The position numbers were made by a program, and so were the translations under genes. The notes below the pieces were generated by a model. It saw only the letters and a list, made by a program, of their open reading frames with translations, was not told where the DNA came from and made no database searches. Shown one piece after another: positions 27,801-36,863 of a stretch of DNA of 47,899 bases. How positions within the stretch are numbered: position 1 is the stretch's first letter; every line of letters starts with the position of its first letter. The DNA comes from a virus. Lineage: Duplodnaviria; Caudoviricetes. Location: positions 1 to 47,899 of the IMG/VR virus record IMGVR_UViG_3300048599_000741; one strand, 5' to 3'.

Positions 27801-28358
27801 TCAGATCAGCCGCGAGAACTCATGTTGCAGCCGGACCGGCAGCATCGTGCGCACCGTCGTCAGGAACGCCCGAGCCGTCGCGCCGCTCACCATTTCCTTG
27901 GGAATGAACAGCCCCGACTTAAGCTTGAAGATCGGCAGCCGTCGACCGGCCGCCATGAATACCTGCCCGCCCATGTTCAAGGTGACGCGCTTCGGAAAGC
28001 GCCCGCCCTTGATCCATGAGTGCGGATAAAGCCGCCGCTTTCCCCACGGTGCTGCGCTGACGCCCTTGGCGGTCTCGCGTGCGCCGAAGTAGCCGAGCCC
28101 GACATCGCCGCCGGCCGACTGCAACCGATAGACCAGACCGCCGGCACCGGCGCGCCGGCGCTTGACCGCCTTGCGGATGGTCTTGCGCTTGAGGCCGGTT
28201 TGCGCCGTCAGCATGCGCACGACTTGCGTGTCGGCCATGTCGCCGGTGCGGTTGACCGCCAGGCGGATCGCCATCGGCGCCTTGACGCCGGCGCGGCGCA
28301 TCGCGCTTTCGAGCGACACGAAATCCGAAACATCGACATGCAGCGAAGCGACCGCCAT
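27801..28358 (-). CDS. Lambda gpZ-like minor tail/neck protein
   Basis: AI..AVNRT, basic composition, F....GRRLPI, RL.HE..R. Confidence 0.65.
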   Translation of the reverse strand: MAVASLHVDVSDFVSLESAMRRAGVKAPMAIRLAVNRTGDMADTQVVRMLTAQTGLKRKTIRKAVKRRRAGAGGLVYRLQSAGGDVGLGYFGARETAKGVSAAPWGKRRLYPHSWIKGGRFPKRVTLNMGGQVFMAAGRRLPIFKLKSGLFIPKEMVSGATARAFLTTVRTMLPVRLQHEFSRLI

Positions 28359-28546
28359 CACCGCCCCCGGCGCATCGCGGCGAGCCGTTGACCGATCGCG
28401 CGCTTGACCTCGCCGGCCTTGGCGTCCTCGACAAAGGTGCGCCCGGCATGCGCGACATCCTTGGCAGCGTCGCGAACGCGACCGGCCGTCAGATTCTTGA
28501 TCGCGCGATTGAGATCGGCGGCGCGCTCGGTGCAGCGGCAACCCAT
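28358..28546 (-). CDS. Hypothetical protein, 62 aa
   Basis: TGATG coupling to the next gene; AAGGA RBS. Confidence 0.55.
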   Translation of the reverse strand: MGCRCTERAADLNRAIKNLTAGRVRDAAKDVAHAGRTFVEDAKAGEVKRAIGQRLAAMRRGR

Positions 28547-28651
28547 GATCTCGATCCTTGAAAGAACACCACACCGAACGCGCTCGCGTCGGCTTTGCTA
28601 CTACTGTGTGCGAAAGGTCTGGCGACCGGCTCGCGCGATGTGGTGAACAGA

Positions 28652-28939
28652 TCAGGCCGCGATCTTGCGGCCCATTTCGCTGCACAGCGGCGCGATCACA
28701 TCGTCGATCTGCGCCGCGGCTTCGGCGGGGTGCAGTACGCCGATGATTTCCTTGATCGGCGCCCACAAGATACCGCCGCCTGCGATCTCGATCTGCACAT
28801 GATCGCCGGCATTGCCGCCCTCGCCGCGCGGCAGAACTTTCGCCCGCACCAGCGCAACGTCGTGCGGCTTCATGGCGGCGAATTGTTCTGGCGTCATCTG
28901 CGACCTGTTTGATTGTTGCCGGTTGCGGTGCCGGCTCAC
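28652..28939 (-). CDS. Hypothetical protein, 95 aa
   Basis: Protein-like composition, in operon orientation. Confidence 0.55.
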   Translation of the reverse strand: MSRHRNRQQSNRSQMTPEQFAAMKPHDVALVRAKVLPRGEGGNAGDHVQIEIAGGGILWAPIKEIIGVLHPAEAAAQIDDVIAPLCSEMGRKIAA

Positions 28940-29007
28940 CTATGACCGATATTTACGGCGTCGGTTGCAATAGCGCGGGGCCGTTCTAAGGCCGTTTATG
29001 GATTGAA

Positions 29008-29088
29008 TTACCGGATCGCGTAAGCGTATGCGACGACCAGCAACGCAAGGAACAGCGGGTCGCGACAGATGGCAGCGGCAATCCGCAT
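29008..29088 (-). CDS. 26-aa hydrophobic micro-protein MRIAAAICRDPLFLALLVVAYAYAIR
   Basis: TAGGAGG Shine-Dalgarno 5 nt before the ATG; single TM-like helix; not in the ORF track. Confidence 0.55.
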   Translation of the reverse strand: MRIAAAICRDPLFLALLVVAYAYAIR

Positions 29089-29109
29089 AGCAACCTCCTA
29101 TGAAAGCCG

Positions 29110-29142
29110 CGAGGCCCGCACCGCGTCGGCGGCCGGGCCTCG
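29110..29142 (-). terminator. GC-rich hairpin, possible terminator/attenuator ahead of the late genes
   Basis: CGAGGCCCG...CGGGCCTCG stem, followed on the minus strand by a short CTTTC. Confidence 0.4.
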
Positions 29143-29227
29143 TTTCACCCCTTTTGGGACGGTTCGGGTGTATGTCAAACGACAGGCAGGGTGCAAGGGG
29201 GTGTGACAGCCCGCAGCACCAAACCAC

Positions 29228-30124
29228 TCAGAAACGCCCGCCGGACAAGGCGATTTCACCTTCCGCCGCCTTACGGCCCTTGCGCCCAGCCCGCGCCGCT
29301 GTGCGGCTTTCCCGCGCCTGGCGCTCGATCTCCGATTCATGCGGGCGCGGCGTGCGCCCGCGCGCCGGCTTGAGCGGCAGCCGTACCATCGTCGGCGCAT
29401 CCGCCGCGACATGCACCACGGCCGGCGCTTCGCCGCTCGACCACGGCGCCGCCGATGCCTTCGGCCCTGTCACGACATGATCGGCAAGCTTGCCGGCCAG
29501 CTTCGTCACCAGCAACGCCAGCGCGCGATGCCAGATCGTGTATTCGACGCGCGCCTCGATCAGTTCGCCGACCGATGGCTCGCAGTATTGAATGAATGCA
29601 CGCGGCCGATCAGCAAAACGATAGCTGTTGTCCTTTGCAGGCCGCAATCGCATCACGCCGCCGGCGTCATCGTCGCCGAACACGATCGCATTGTTATTCG
29701 AATGCCGCAGCACGCGCACGCGCGGCAAACCGATATCCCAGGCCGGCCGCGCGCGGTTGCCGGCGCAGCCGATGATCAGCATCACGGGATTGAATGATGC
29801 GCGCGCCACGGCCGACACCGCCGCGCGATCGAGCCGCGCATAGTGCCCGACCAGCGCCTCGCATTCATCGGCCGACAGCGACATGCCGGACGGCAGATCG
29901 CCGACTGCGCGCGCGATCGTCACCGCGTCGGGGTGCGGCTCGCCGTCGATGAAGCCGAGGCCGCCGCCGCCGCCGTGACTGACATCGACGCGCGCGCCGA
30001 GCCGCGAATAGCTGATAACGGTATCCCAAACCGACGCCTCGACCGGACGGCCTTTCGGCATTTCATCGCGCATCGTCCATTGCAGCGCCGTTTCGATATC
30101 GATCGTTCTCTTGTCGGTTCGCAT
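29228..30124 (-). CDS. Phage protein, candidate late-gene regulator
   Basis: IE..LQW...DE.PK and PHPDA motifs; last gene before the late operon; function inferred from position only. Confidence 0.6.
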   Translation of the reverse strand: MRTDKRTIDIETALQWTMRDEMPKGRPVEASVWDTVISYSRLGARVDVSHGGGGGLGFIDGEPHPDAVTIARAVGDLPSGMSLSADECEALVGHYARLDRAAVSAVARASFNPVMLIIGCAGNRARPAWDIGLPRVRVLRHSNNNAIVFGDDDAGGVMRLRPAKDNSYRFADRPRAFIQYCEPSVGELIEARVEYTIWHRALALLVTKLAGKLADHVVTGPKASAAPWSSGEAPAVVHVAADAPTMVRLPLKPARGRTPRPHESEIERQARESRTAARAGRKGRKAAEGEIALSGGRF

Positions 30125-30148
30125 CTGGTAGCCCTCTGTTTTTCCGAA

Positions 30149-30426
30149 ATGACGCAATGACGGATCAATGACGCATTGATTTTCGATGTGTCATTGAATT
30201 TTGTTTTGTCAGATCAAGACGTTCCTTGTTTTCATGACGCAATGACGGATCAACTGACATCTATACATAAGAGATTTTTTCAGACGCCCCCTACCCCGCT
30301 TGCTTATAGACGCGCGCGCGAAAGAAGCGTCATTGCGTCATGGATCGCGTCAACCTGTTGCGCCGCCTTCCCTTTCACCCATGACGCATGAAAATCGGAT
30401 GCGTCATTGATGCGTCATTGCGTCAT
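30149..30426. repeat. Iteron array (ATGACGCA consensus), putative replication origin
   Basis: At least 12 copies, e.g. + at 30149, 30157, 30168, 30234, 30242, 30381 and - at 30187, 30326, 30334, 30400, 30411, 30419; AT-rich; directly downstream of the helicase. Confidence 0.85.
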
Positions 30427-30438
30427 GAATTGCGCCGC

Positions 30439-32346
30439 TCAATCCGGTATCTCCTCGGTGCTGTCGGCCGGATGCGGCGCTTGCTCGCGGCGATTGCCGT
30501 GCGGCTTGGCGGCCGGCACGTCATGCAGTTGCACCCACAGATAGCGGCGCAGCGTTGACTTGCGATCCCTAACAAAGCCTTTCGTCGTCAGGGCCTGACC
30601 GAACGCGCGCTGCTTCCATGCGCGGTGTCCGTTGGCGCCGCACCAGCGTTCGAAGGCTTCGAACATGTCCTGCGCCGGCACGCCGGGCGGATCGGCCGCC
30701 TTGTCATCCGGCGGCAGCATCGTGACGCATGCGCGCAGGAATTGGCCGACGACATCCTGTTCCTCGCGATACTCCTCGGTCTCGTCGAGAATTTCCTGCG
30801 GCGGCACCAGCCCGTCATTGAGATATTTAAGCGCGCCGTCGACCAGCCAGGCGAGAATGCCATCGCGTTCGGCCCACAGTTCGGCCATCACATCGTCCAT
30901 GTCGCGCCGCTCATCATCGGCGATCGTCACCGGCCAGATCATGAAACGGATGCGCCGCCAGATGCCGTGATCGACGCCGCCGATCTCGGGCTTGGTGTTG
31001 CCCGACAGCGCGAATTTAAAACTCGGATAGAACGAAAAGAAATTGCCGAAGTTGTGCCGCGTCAGCCACGGCTCGCCGCTGGTCAGCGACTTGATCAGCC
31101 CTTCATTGAGGCCGAGGCCGCGCTGCGCTTCGGTGACACGCACCAGGCGCACACCGGGCAGCCGCGCGAAATCGGGATTGGCCTGCGCGCCCGTCGTCTG
31201 TCCGACCTCGGCGAGTGATTCGAATTTCAGCACCTCGGCATAGTCGCCCATGATGCGCGACACGATTTCGATAAAGGTCGATTTCCAGTTAGAGCCGCCG
31301 CCATAGGAGAACAGCAGGCATTGCTCGCCGTTGAGTCCGGTCAGCGCATAGCCGGCATATTTCTGCAGGAACTCGCGTTTCGCCGCGTTCGGCTGAAACC
31401 GCGCGATCGATTGAAGAAAGATCGGGCAGCGCGCATCGGGCTTGTAGTCGACCGGCGACAGTTTCGTGATCAGGTCGCCGGCATCGTGCGCGTCGAGCCG
31501 CGCGGCCCAAAACGGCTTCCTGCGGTCGACCGCGGGATCGGGACAATCGAGATCGGGCACGTCGTAGCATTCGAAGCGCAGCGTGCCGTTGGCGCAGTTG
31601 AAGGCGTAAGGGTCCTTGTCCATGTCGGCGGTCGCGGCCGTGCGGTGCGGCAGCATCGCTTTCAGCATTTCGCGCAGCTTCGAACCGTTGCCCGACGACA
31701 CGGCAAACTTGCGCCGGTTGATCTGGCGCTTTTGCAGCGCCGCCTCGGCTTCCTTGCCGGCATCGATCAGGTTGTCGAGCGTCCAGAGCCGCTTCTTGTC
31801 GGCATCAGTGCGGTCCGCAGCGGGCTTACGATCGATGCGCTCTTTCTCGGCGGCGGCGTCGATCGCGCGCTCGATGGCGCGCGCTTCGGCCGGCGTCGCC
31901 GTCAGGAAATCGGCCTCAAGCTGAATACGCGGCGCCGCGCGCTGCGCGCACAGCATGGCGCGCTCATTGCCGCCCTCGCGCTGCCAGCGTTGCCCGTCAT
32001 AGTAGTGCCAGCCGGGTTCGCGATCGCTCGACAGTTCGCGCACGTTCAGCAGTTCGCCGCCGAAATAGCGCAACAGGCGCTGTCCATTGCCGGTGTCATT
32101 CTGCGGCTCGGCGGCATTGGCCGCGATGGTCTCGGCAGCGATCGTGCTGCGCTCGACCGGATCGAAATCGGCCGGCGGCGCATCGTCGTCGTAAAATCCG
32201 CCCTCATCCTCGCCTTGCCAATCTTCGGGGGCCGCCCCCATGCCGGGGGACGGGGGCGGCGAATGATCATCAAGAGAATCGACGGTGCCGGATGCAAGGG
32301 CGGCGATCTCCTCGATCGCAGTGTCGGGCTTGTTGTCGGCAGTCAC
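30439..32346 (-). CDS. P4-family primase-associated / D5-like SF3 helicase
   Basis: NDTGN.QRL, FNC.NGT, G.G.N.KSTF (Walker A), EG.IK.LTSGE...R, N.KP.I...D.GIWRR. Confidence 0.92.
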   Translation of the reverse strand: MTADNKPDTAIEEIAALASGTVDSLDDHSPPPSPGMGAAPEDWQGEDEGGFYDDDAPPADFDPVERSTIAAETIAANAAEPQNDTGNGQRLLRYFGGELLNVRELSSDREPGWHYYDGQRWQREGGNERAMLCAQRAAPRIQLEADFLTATPAEARAIERAIDAAAEKERIDRKPAADRTDADKKRLWTLDNLIDAGKEAEAALQKRQINRRKFAVSSGNGSKLREMLKAMLPHRTAATADMDKDPYAFNCANGTLRFECYDVPDLDCPDPAVDRRKPFWAARLDAHDAGDLITKLSPVDYKPDARCPIFLQSIARFQPNAAKREFLQKYAGYALTGLNGEQCLLFSYGGGSNWKSTFIEIVSRIMGDYAEVLKFESLAEVGQTTGAQANPDFARLPGVRLVRVTEAQRGLGLNEGLIKSLTSGEPWLTRHNFGNFFSFYPSFKFALSGNTKPEIGGVDHGIWRRIRFMIWPVTIADDERRDMDDVMAELWAERDGILAWLVDGALKYLNDGLVPPQEILDETEEYREEQDVVGQFLRACVTMLPPDDKAADPPGVPAQDMFEAFERWCGANGHRAWKQRAFGQALTTKGFVRDRKSTLRRYLWVQLHDVPAAKPHGNRREQAPHPADSTEEIPD

Positions 32347-33761
32347 TTGGTCGCGTCCTTACCCTGCAGCATGTCGTTAAAGTCGAGGCCGGGCCGCGGC
32401 CAGATCACCCGCACCCTTCGCGCGCATGACGCATCGGCCGAAAAATTTTCGGCGCCGCCCGCGGCGGGGGACGGGGGCGGCGAAGAAAGTGAAGCGGAGG
32501 AAGCAAAGGAAGGATGTTCGGCCGCGCCTGTCGGCGCGACTTTGCTGCGCATGATGGCGCGCTGGTGCCGCTTCGCGGCGCGCGCCATCGCGCAGCGCGT
32601 CGAGAACGGATCGCTATCGCCGTCACCGAGCAACACCAATTCATCGACCGTCGCCGGCACCGGCATGATGTCGGACTCGAGATCAGCCTCGACGCCCGGC
32701 ACCATCAGCGTGCGGCGCGCCTTGATCTCGCCGGTCACCTTGTCGACGACATCGATTTTCTGTGTCGGATGCGGCAGCCGATCGAGCGCGCGGCCGGCGA
32801 GATTGCCCAGATCCACAGCGGAGCGGAATAAATCCAGCGCGCGCAATTTCCCACTGCGCCGCAGCGCCGTATAGACGGCCAGCACCGATTCGATGCCCTC
32901 GCCGGCGAACATGCGGACCGTCGCTGCGCCTGGCGCATCGGGCGCGCCGCCGCCATCGCCGAGATCGATAAAGCCGCCGGCCTTGTGGCCGCGCACCTTT
33001 TTGCTCGGCACCGCCTCGCCGGTCTCGGGATCGACGATCGCCAGCTTCCCCTTGTTGCCGGCCGACAAAACGCCGCCGCCCATGACGCGGCCGACGTTCG
33101 GGTCAAGCCATGTAATATGCAGACCGGAAAAGCGCGGCACGCCATCGGGACCGGGCGCCATGATCGCGGCCAGCATCGCCGGGCCGTGGTGAATCAGCCG
33201 CGGCTCATCCTCGCGGCCATCGGCGAAATAGGGCATGTCGGGATGAAAGCGCAGCCGCGCCCGCTGCGGCACGTCGAGACCACGGCCGCGCAGATAGGTC
33301 TCGACCGGCGTACCAGGCCACGGCCGCGCATTACACCAGAACACGCTATAGAGCCGCTTGCGCTCGCGTTCGCGATAACGCGCGGTCGATTCCTCTTGCC
33401 GCCGGCGCTTCGCCTCGGCCGCCGCGCGCCGCCGTTCGGCCTCGGCTGGATCGATCGGCTGCGCGCCGCCGAGCAGGTCGACGATGCGGGCAAAGTCGCG
33501 CGCGGGATCGAGCCGGTTGATCTTGGCGACCAGTGCGATCACGTCGCCGCCGTCCTGACAACTGCCGCACACCCACCGCTCGGCATTGCATTCGAACCGG
33601 CCGGCGGTGCGCGATTCCGTCTTGGCCGAGCAGATCGGGCAAGGCCCGCGATGCGTCCATTTCCCGCGCGCCGCACGCAAGCGCACCAGGGCGCCGGCGA
33701 CATCGGGCACCGGATGGCGCGCCTTGAGATCGTCGATCTGTTCTGGCGTGAGGCGCGTCAT
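32343..33761 (-). CDS. DNA primase (CHC2-type Zn finger + Toprim)
   Basis: GPCPIC...CGSC..GGDVI, YL.GRG, LRFHP, GEGIES, LLGDGD and DFND; ATG 33761 overlaps the upstream stop. Confidence 0.88.
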   Translation of the reverse strand: MTRLTPEQIDDLKARHPVPDVAGALVRLRAARGKWTHRGPCPICSAKTESRTAGRFECNAERWVCGSCQDGGDVIALVAKINRLDPARDFARIVDLLGGAQPIDPAEAERRRAAAEAKRRRQEESTARYRERERKRLYSVFWCNARPWPGTPVETYLRGRGLDVPQRARLRFHPDMPYFADGREDEPRLIHHGPAMLAAIMAPGPDGVPRFSGLHITWLDPNVGRVMGGGVLSAGNKGKLAIVDPETGEAVPSKKVRGHKAGGFIDLGDGGGAPDAPGAATVRMFAGEGIESVLAVYTALRRSGKLRALDLFRSAVDLGNLAGRALDRLPHPTQKIDVVDKVTGEIKARRTLMVPGVEADLESDIMPVPATVDELVLLGDGDSDPFSTRCAMARAAKRHQRAIMRSKVAPTGAAEHPSFASSASLSSPPPSPAAGGAENFSADASCARRVRVIWPRPGLDFNDMLQGKDATK

Positions 33762-34621
33762 GCGAACAGCACCCCTTGCCGCGTCTCGGCATCGAGCGCA
33801 GATGCGCCCGCCGGATTGATCCAAAGAACCTCGGTCCGCTCGCGCGCGCCATCGGCCAGCGCCGAGGTGGTGACGCGCCGCCAATCGCCGAGCGCGTCGT
33901 CATAGAGCGCGGACGGATAACCGGACAAAACGACGTAACCGGTCAGCCGGCGCAGCGCATCGAGCAACGCCCGATGATCGTCATCGGTCATTTCATGGGC
34001 ATAGGCGTGATAGAGGGTCCCGCCCTTGCGCGACCGATCGGAGCGCGTCGCCGGCACATAGGGCGGATCGACATAATGCAACGTCTCGGCCGAGTCGGCC
34101 GCGGTCATGACATCGGGTGCCGGTCGATTTTCGATCACGACGCCCTTAAGGCGCTCGATGATCGCGACCAGACACTCGGGATAACCGCCCCACTCGGCAG
34201 CGGTATTGTGCGCGCCGGATGCGTTGGCGTTGGCTCGGAAGCCGGTCGGCCGGCAGAACACCGCGCCGCTACCGTGCCCCATAAATGACCGGGCGATCAT
34301 CCGCCTGGCGCGCTCTACCGGATCGGTCGAGGGCGCATAGCACGCCTTGAACTCATCCCGGCCGAACGGCGTTAGACGTAATGCGGTCAGCAATGCGTCA
34401 GCTGCGGCCGGCGAGCGCAGGACGCGGAACAGGTTGATCAGATCGGCATCGAGATCGTTATAAACCTCGGCATAACACCGAGGCTTTTGCAGTAGCACCG
34501 AGGCCGCGCCGCCGAACGGCTCGACATAGATGCGATGGCGCGGGAAATGCGAAATGATCCATGGCGCCAGCTTCCACTTGCCGCCATGCCAGCGCAGAAC
34601 GGGGCGCGTCGGTGCCGTCAT
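33758..34621 (-). CDS. DNA adenine methyltransferase (Dam/D12 class)
   Basis: LRWHGGK, YVEPFGG.ASV, EVYNDLD and YVDPPY. Confidence 0.94.
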   Translation of the reverse strand: MTAPTRPVLRWHGGKWKLAPWIISHFPRHRIYVEPFGGAASVLLQKPRCYAEVYNDLDADLINLFRVLRSPAAADALLTALRLTPFGRDEFKACYAPSTDPVERARRMIARSFMGHGSGAVFCRPTGFRANANASGAHNTAAEWGGYPECLVAIIERLKGVVIENRPAPDVMTAADSAETLHYVDPPYVPATRSDRSRKGGTLYHAYAHEMTDDDHRALLDALRRLTGYVVLSGYPSALYDDALGDWRRVTTSALADGARERTEVLWINPAGASALDAETRQGVLFA

Positions 34622-35232
34622 GCCGCGATCGCCTCCACATCACCCCACTGATCAGCCATCGCCTCGGCGATGCCGGTAAAGAACCGGCTGCGCTCTTTCC
34701 AGCGATTAGGGCCAGGCGGCATGCGATGCACGCGCGGCGTCCGGCCGGCGACGATGTTGGTCGGTTTGAGCGGCGGCAGGTTCTTGAGCCAGAAGCAGGT
34801 GCGCTTGACCTCGCCATGACCGAACTGCCACGGCTGCACCGATTGCGCCGGCTCGGCATAGTTGCGAATGAGTGCCTTGGCGTGCCGGTGCATCACCGGG
34901 TTTTCGACGCATATGCGCTCGATCGGTGCATTCCAGAATGCCGAAAACAGGTCAGCGGCCTCGCGCAGATCATGCCGCATTTGTTCGATCGTCTTGCCGG
35001 CAGGCGGCGCCGACAGCCAGCGCACGCCGGAATTACAAAGCCGCGTGCAAGGCGGATGCGCGACCATCAGCAAATCCCATCCGTCACCGAGATAGTCCCG
35101 CGCGTCGCCGATGATGTGCTTGTTGCTGCGATCCTCGGACGGCAACAGATCACACGACCACGCATCATGCCCGCGCATCGCGAAGGCGCGCCGCACCACA
35201 CCCGAAAATTCGCAGGCGACAAGGACGCGCAT
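34618..35232 (-). CDS. Short C5-cytosine DNA methyltransferase-like protein
   Basis: VLVACEFSG (motif I variant), HPPC (catalytic), ENP and QPWQFGH. Confidence 0.82.
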   Translation of the reverse strand: MRVLVACEFSGVVRRAFAMRGHDAWSCDLLPSEDRSNKHIIGDARDYLGDGWDLLMVAHPPCTRLCNSGVRWLSAPPAGKTIEQMRHDLREAADLFSAFWNAPIERICVENPVMHRHAKALIRNYAEPAQSVQPWQFGHGEVKRTCFWLKNLPPLKPTNIVAGRTPRVHRMPPGPNRWKERSRFFTGIAEAMADQWGDVEAIAA

Positions 35233-36863
35233 CACTTGACCTCGCCACCGAACAGCGGCCCGGCGTCGACCGGCTTGTCCTTCAGCTTTTCCTTGATGGT
35301 GGCGCGGGCGCGCTCCTCGGGGCCGGCGAGGCACAGCGCCATGCGCCGCGCGATGTCGGCCTGATATTCGGCTTCGCGCTCGATCAGCACCGCGCGCCGG
35401 CCTTCGCGCCAGGCGGCTTCGCCGGTGGTGCCGGTGCCAGCGAACAGATCGAGGACCGTCTGCCCCGGCCGCGTGACCAGCCGGACAAGGTATCGCATCA
35501 GATCGACCGGCTTGACGGTCGGATGCTTGGAACCGAGGCGATCGTCGTCGTCTGCCTTGGCACTATAGAAGAAACGCGCGGCCGAGCCGACGGCATCGCT
35601 GTGACCAAGACGGTCGGCATCGTCGCCTACAAATTCGCCATAGACACCTGTCGTTTTTGGAGCGTTTCTTTTGCCCTCCCGAGCAGGCGCCGTGTCAGGG
35701 AACGTCGACACGGCCGCGGCCGAGCCATCATGCAGCACGTTGGCCGGAAAGCGTCCGTCAATCCGGCAGCCATCGATATTGAGCGCGCCGGTGCCCCACT
35801 TGCGGCAATTCTCGGCGATGGTCAGGCCCGCCTCGATCGGCTTGCGCGCCAGCACGATCGGTTCAAATGCCGGTTTCAGCGCCGTGCCGTAGCCGGCCCA
35901 TTGCTGCGCCTCGAGCGACAGTTCGCGCACCGCCTTATCACGCACGGTGAAGCGATGATCGCCGAAGCCGCCGGGCATGCCGTCATGCTCGCCGACGACC
36001 GGCGCCGCCTTCCAATCGTCGGACGGTTCGCCCTTGCGCGCATTGAGCCGCGCGACCTCGGCATCGAGATCGGGCGCCAGATCGAGGAGATCGCGCAGCT
36101 GCCGCCATTGCGCCATTGTCGGCAGCGCCGGTTGGCTGTCGGTATCGCGCGCGGCCCAATGATCGACCAGGCGCGGATGGCAGTTGCCGAACTTCGGCGC
36201 CAGGTCGCGGGATCTCAAATTCTTGGCGTCCATCGCCGCGCGGATGGCACGGCAGATCGCGCGCACCGCCGGTTCATCCTCATCGCGCGCCTTGTCGATC
36301 GCCTTGGCGATATCGTGCGATTTCGGAAAGCCGGACCCGAATACCCAGGCCAGAAGCCCGCCGGCATCCGCCTCATCGAGCAGCCGGAAAAACGCGGCGC
36401 GCTGCGCATCATTGAGCGAACCGACAAAGCGCGACAGCATCGGATCGAGATCGATCAGGTCGAGCAGGCAATCGCGCGTTTCGAAACCGGCGGCCTCGAT
36501 CGCGACCTGCAGATGCCCGACATTCTTCGGCGCCGCGAACGCGACCAGGTGCGCGCCGGGTTTGAGAACGCGCAGCACCTTGGCCCATGTTTCCGGCCGG
36601 AAGGCGACATCGCCGCCATCCCATTCCTTGCCCATGAACCCGCGCGACGACCGGGCAAAGGCGCCGGTCGCGTTCGGCCGCTCGCCGCTGTAATCCTTGG
36701 CGCCGGCAGCGCCTTTCTTGCCGAACCTTTTGACGATCGACGCCAGATGATAGGGCGGATCGGTCACGCAGCCATCGCTCGTGTTGTCCGGCAGGCGATC
36801 GAGAACATCGAGGCAATCGCCGCCGTGCAGCACCACCTTGCCGCCGAAGAATTCGCGCATCAT
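35232..36863 (-). CDS. N6-adenine/N4-cytosine DNA methyltransferase (beta class) with internal HTH-like insertion
   Basis: GDCL, VTDPPY, GSGFPKS, GTALKPA.EPI..ARKP, HPTVKP and VLD.FAG.GTTG. Confidence 0.92.
   Translation of the reverse strand: MMREFFGGKVVLHGGDCLDVLDRLPDNTSDGCVTDPPYHLASIVKRFGKKGAAGAKDYSGERPNATGAFARSSRGFMGKEWDGGDVAFRPETWAKVLRVLKPGAHLVAFAAPKNVGHLQVAIEAAGFETRDCLLDLIDLDPMLSRFVGSLNDAQRAAFFRLLDEADAGGLLAWVFGSGFPKSHDIAKAIDKARDEDEPAVRAICRAIRAAMDAKNLRSRDLAPKFGNCHPRLVDHWAARDTDSQPALPTMAQWRQLRDLLDLAPDLDAEVARLNARKGEPSDDWKAAPVVGEHDGMPGGFGDHRFTVRDKAVRELSLEAQQWAGYGTALKPAFEPIVLARKPIEAGLTIAENCRKWGTGALNIDGCRIDGRFPANVLHDGSAAAVSTFPDTAPAREGKRNAPKTTGVYGEFVGDDADRLGHSDAVGSAARFFYSAKADDDDRLGSKHPTVKPVDLMRYLVRLVTRPGQTVLDLFAGTGTTGEAAWREGRRAVLIEREAEYQADIARRMALCLAGPEERARATIKEKLKDKPVDAGPLFGGEVK

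Noticed and set aside
30176-30391. 71-aa plus-strand ORF
   Set aside because: Lies entirely within the iteron array, against operon orientation
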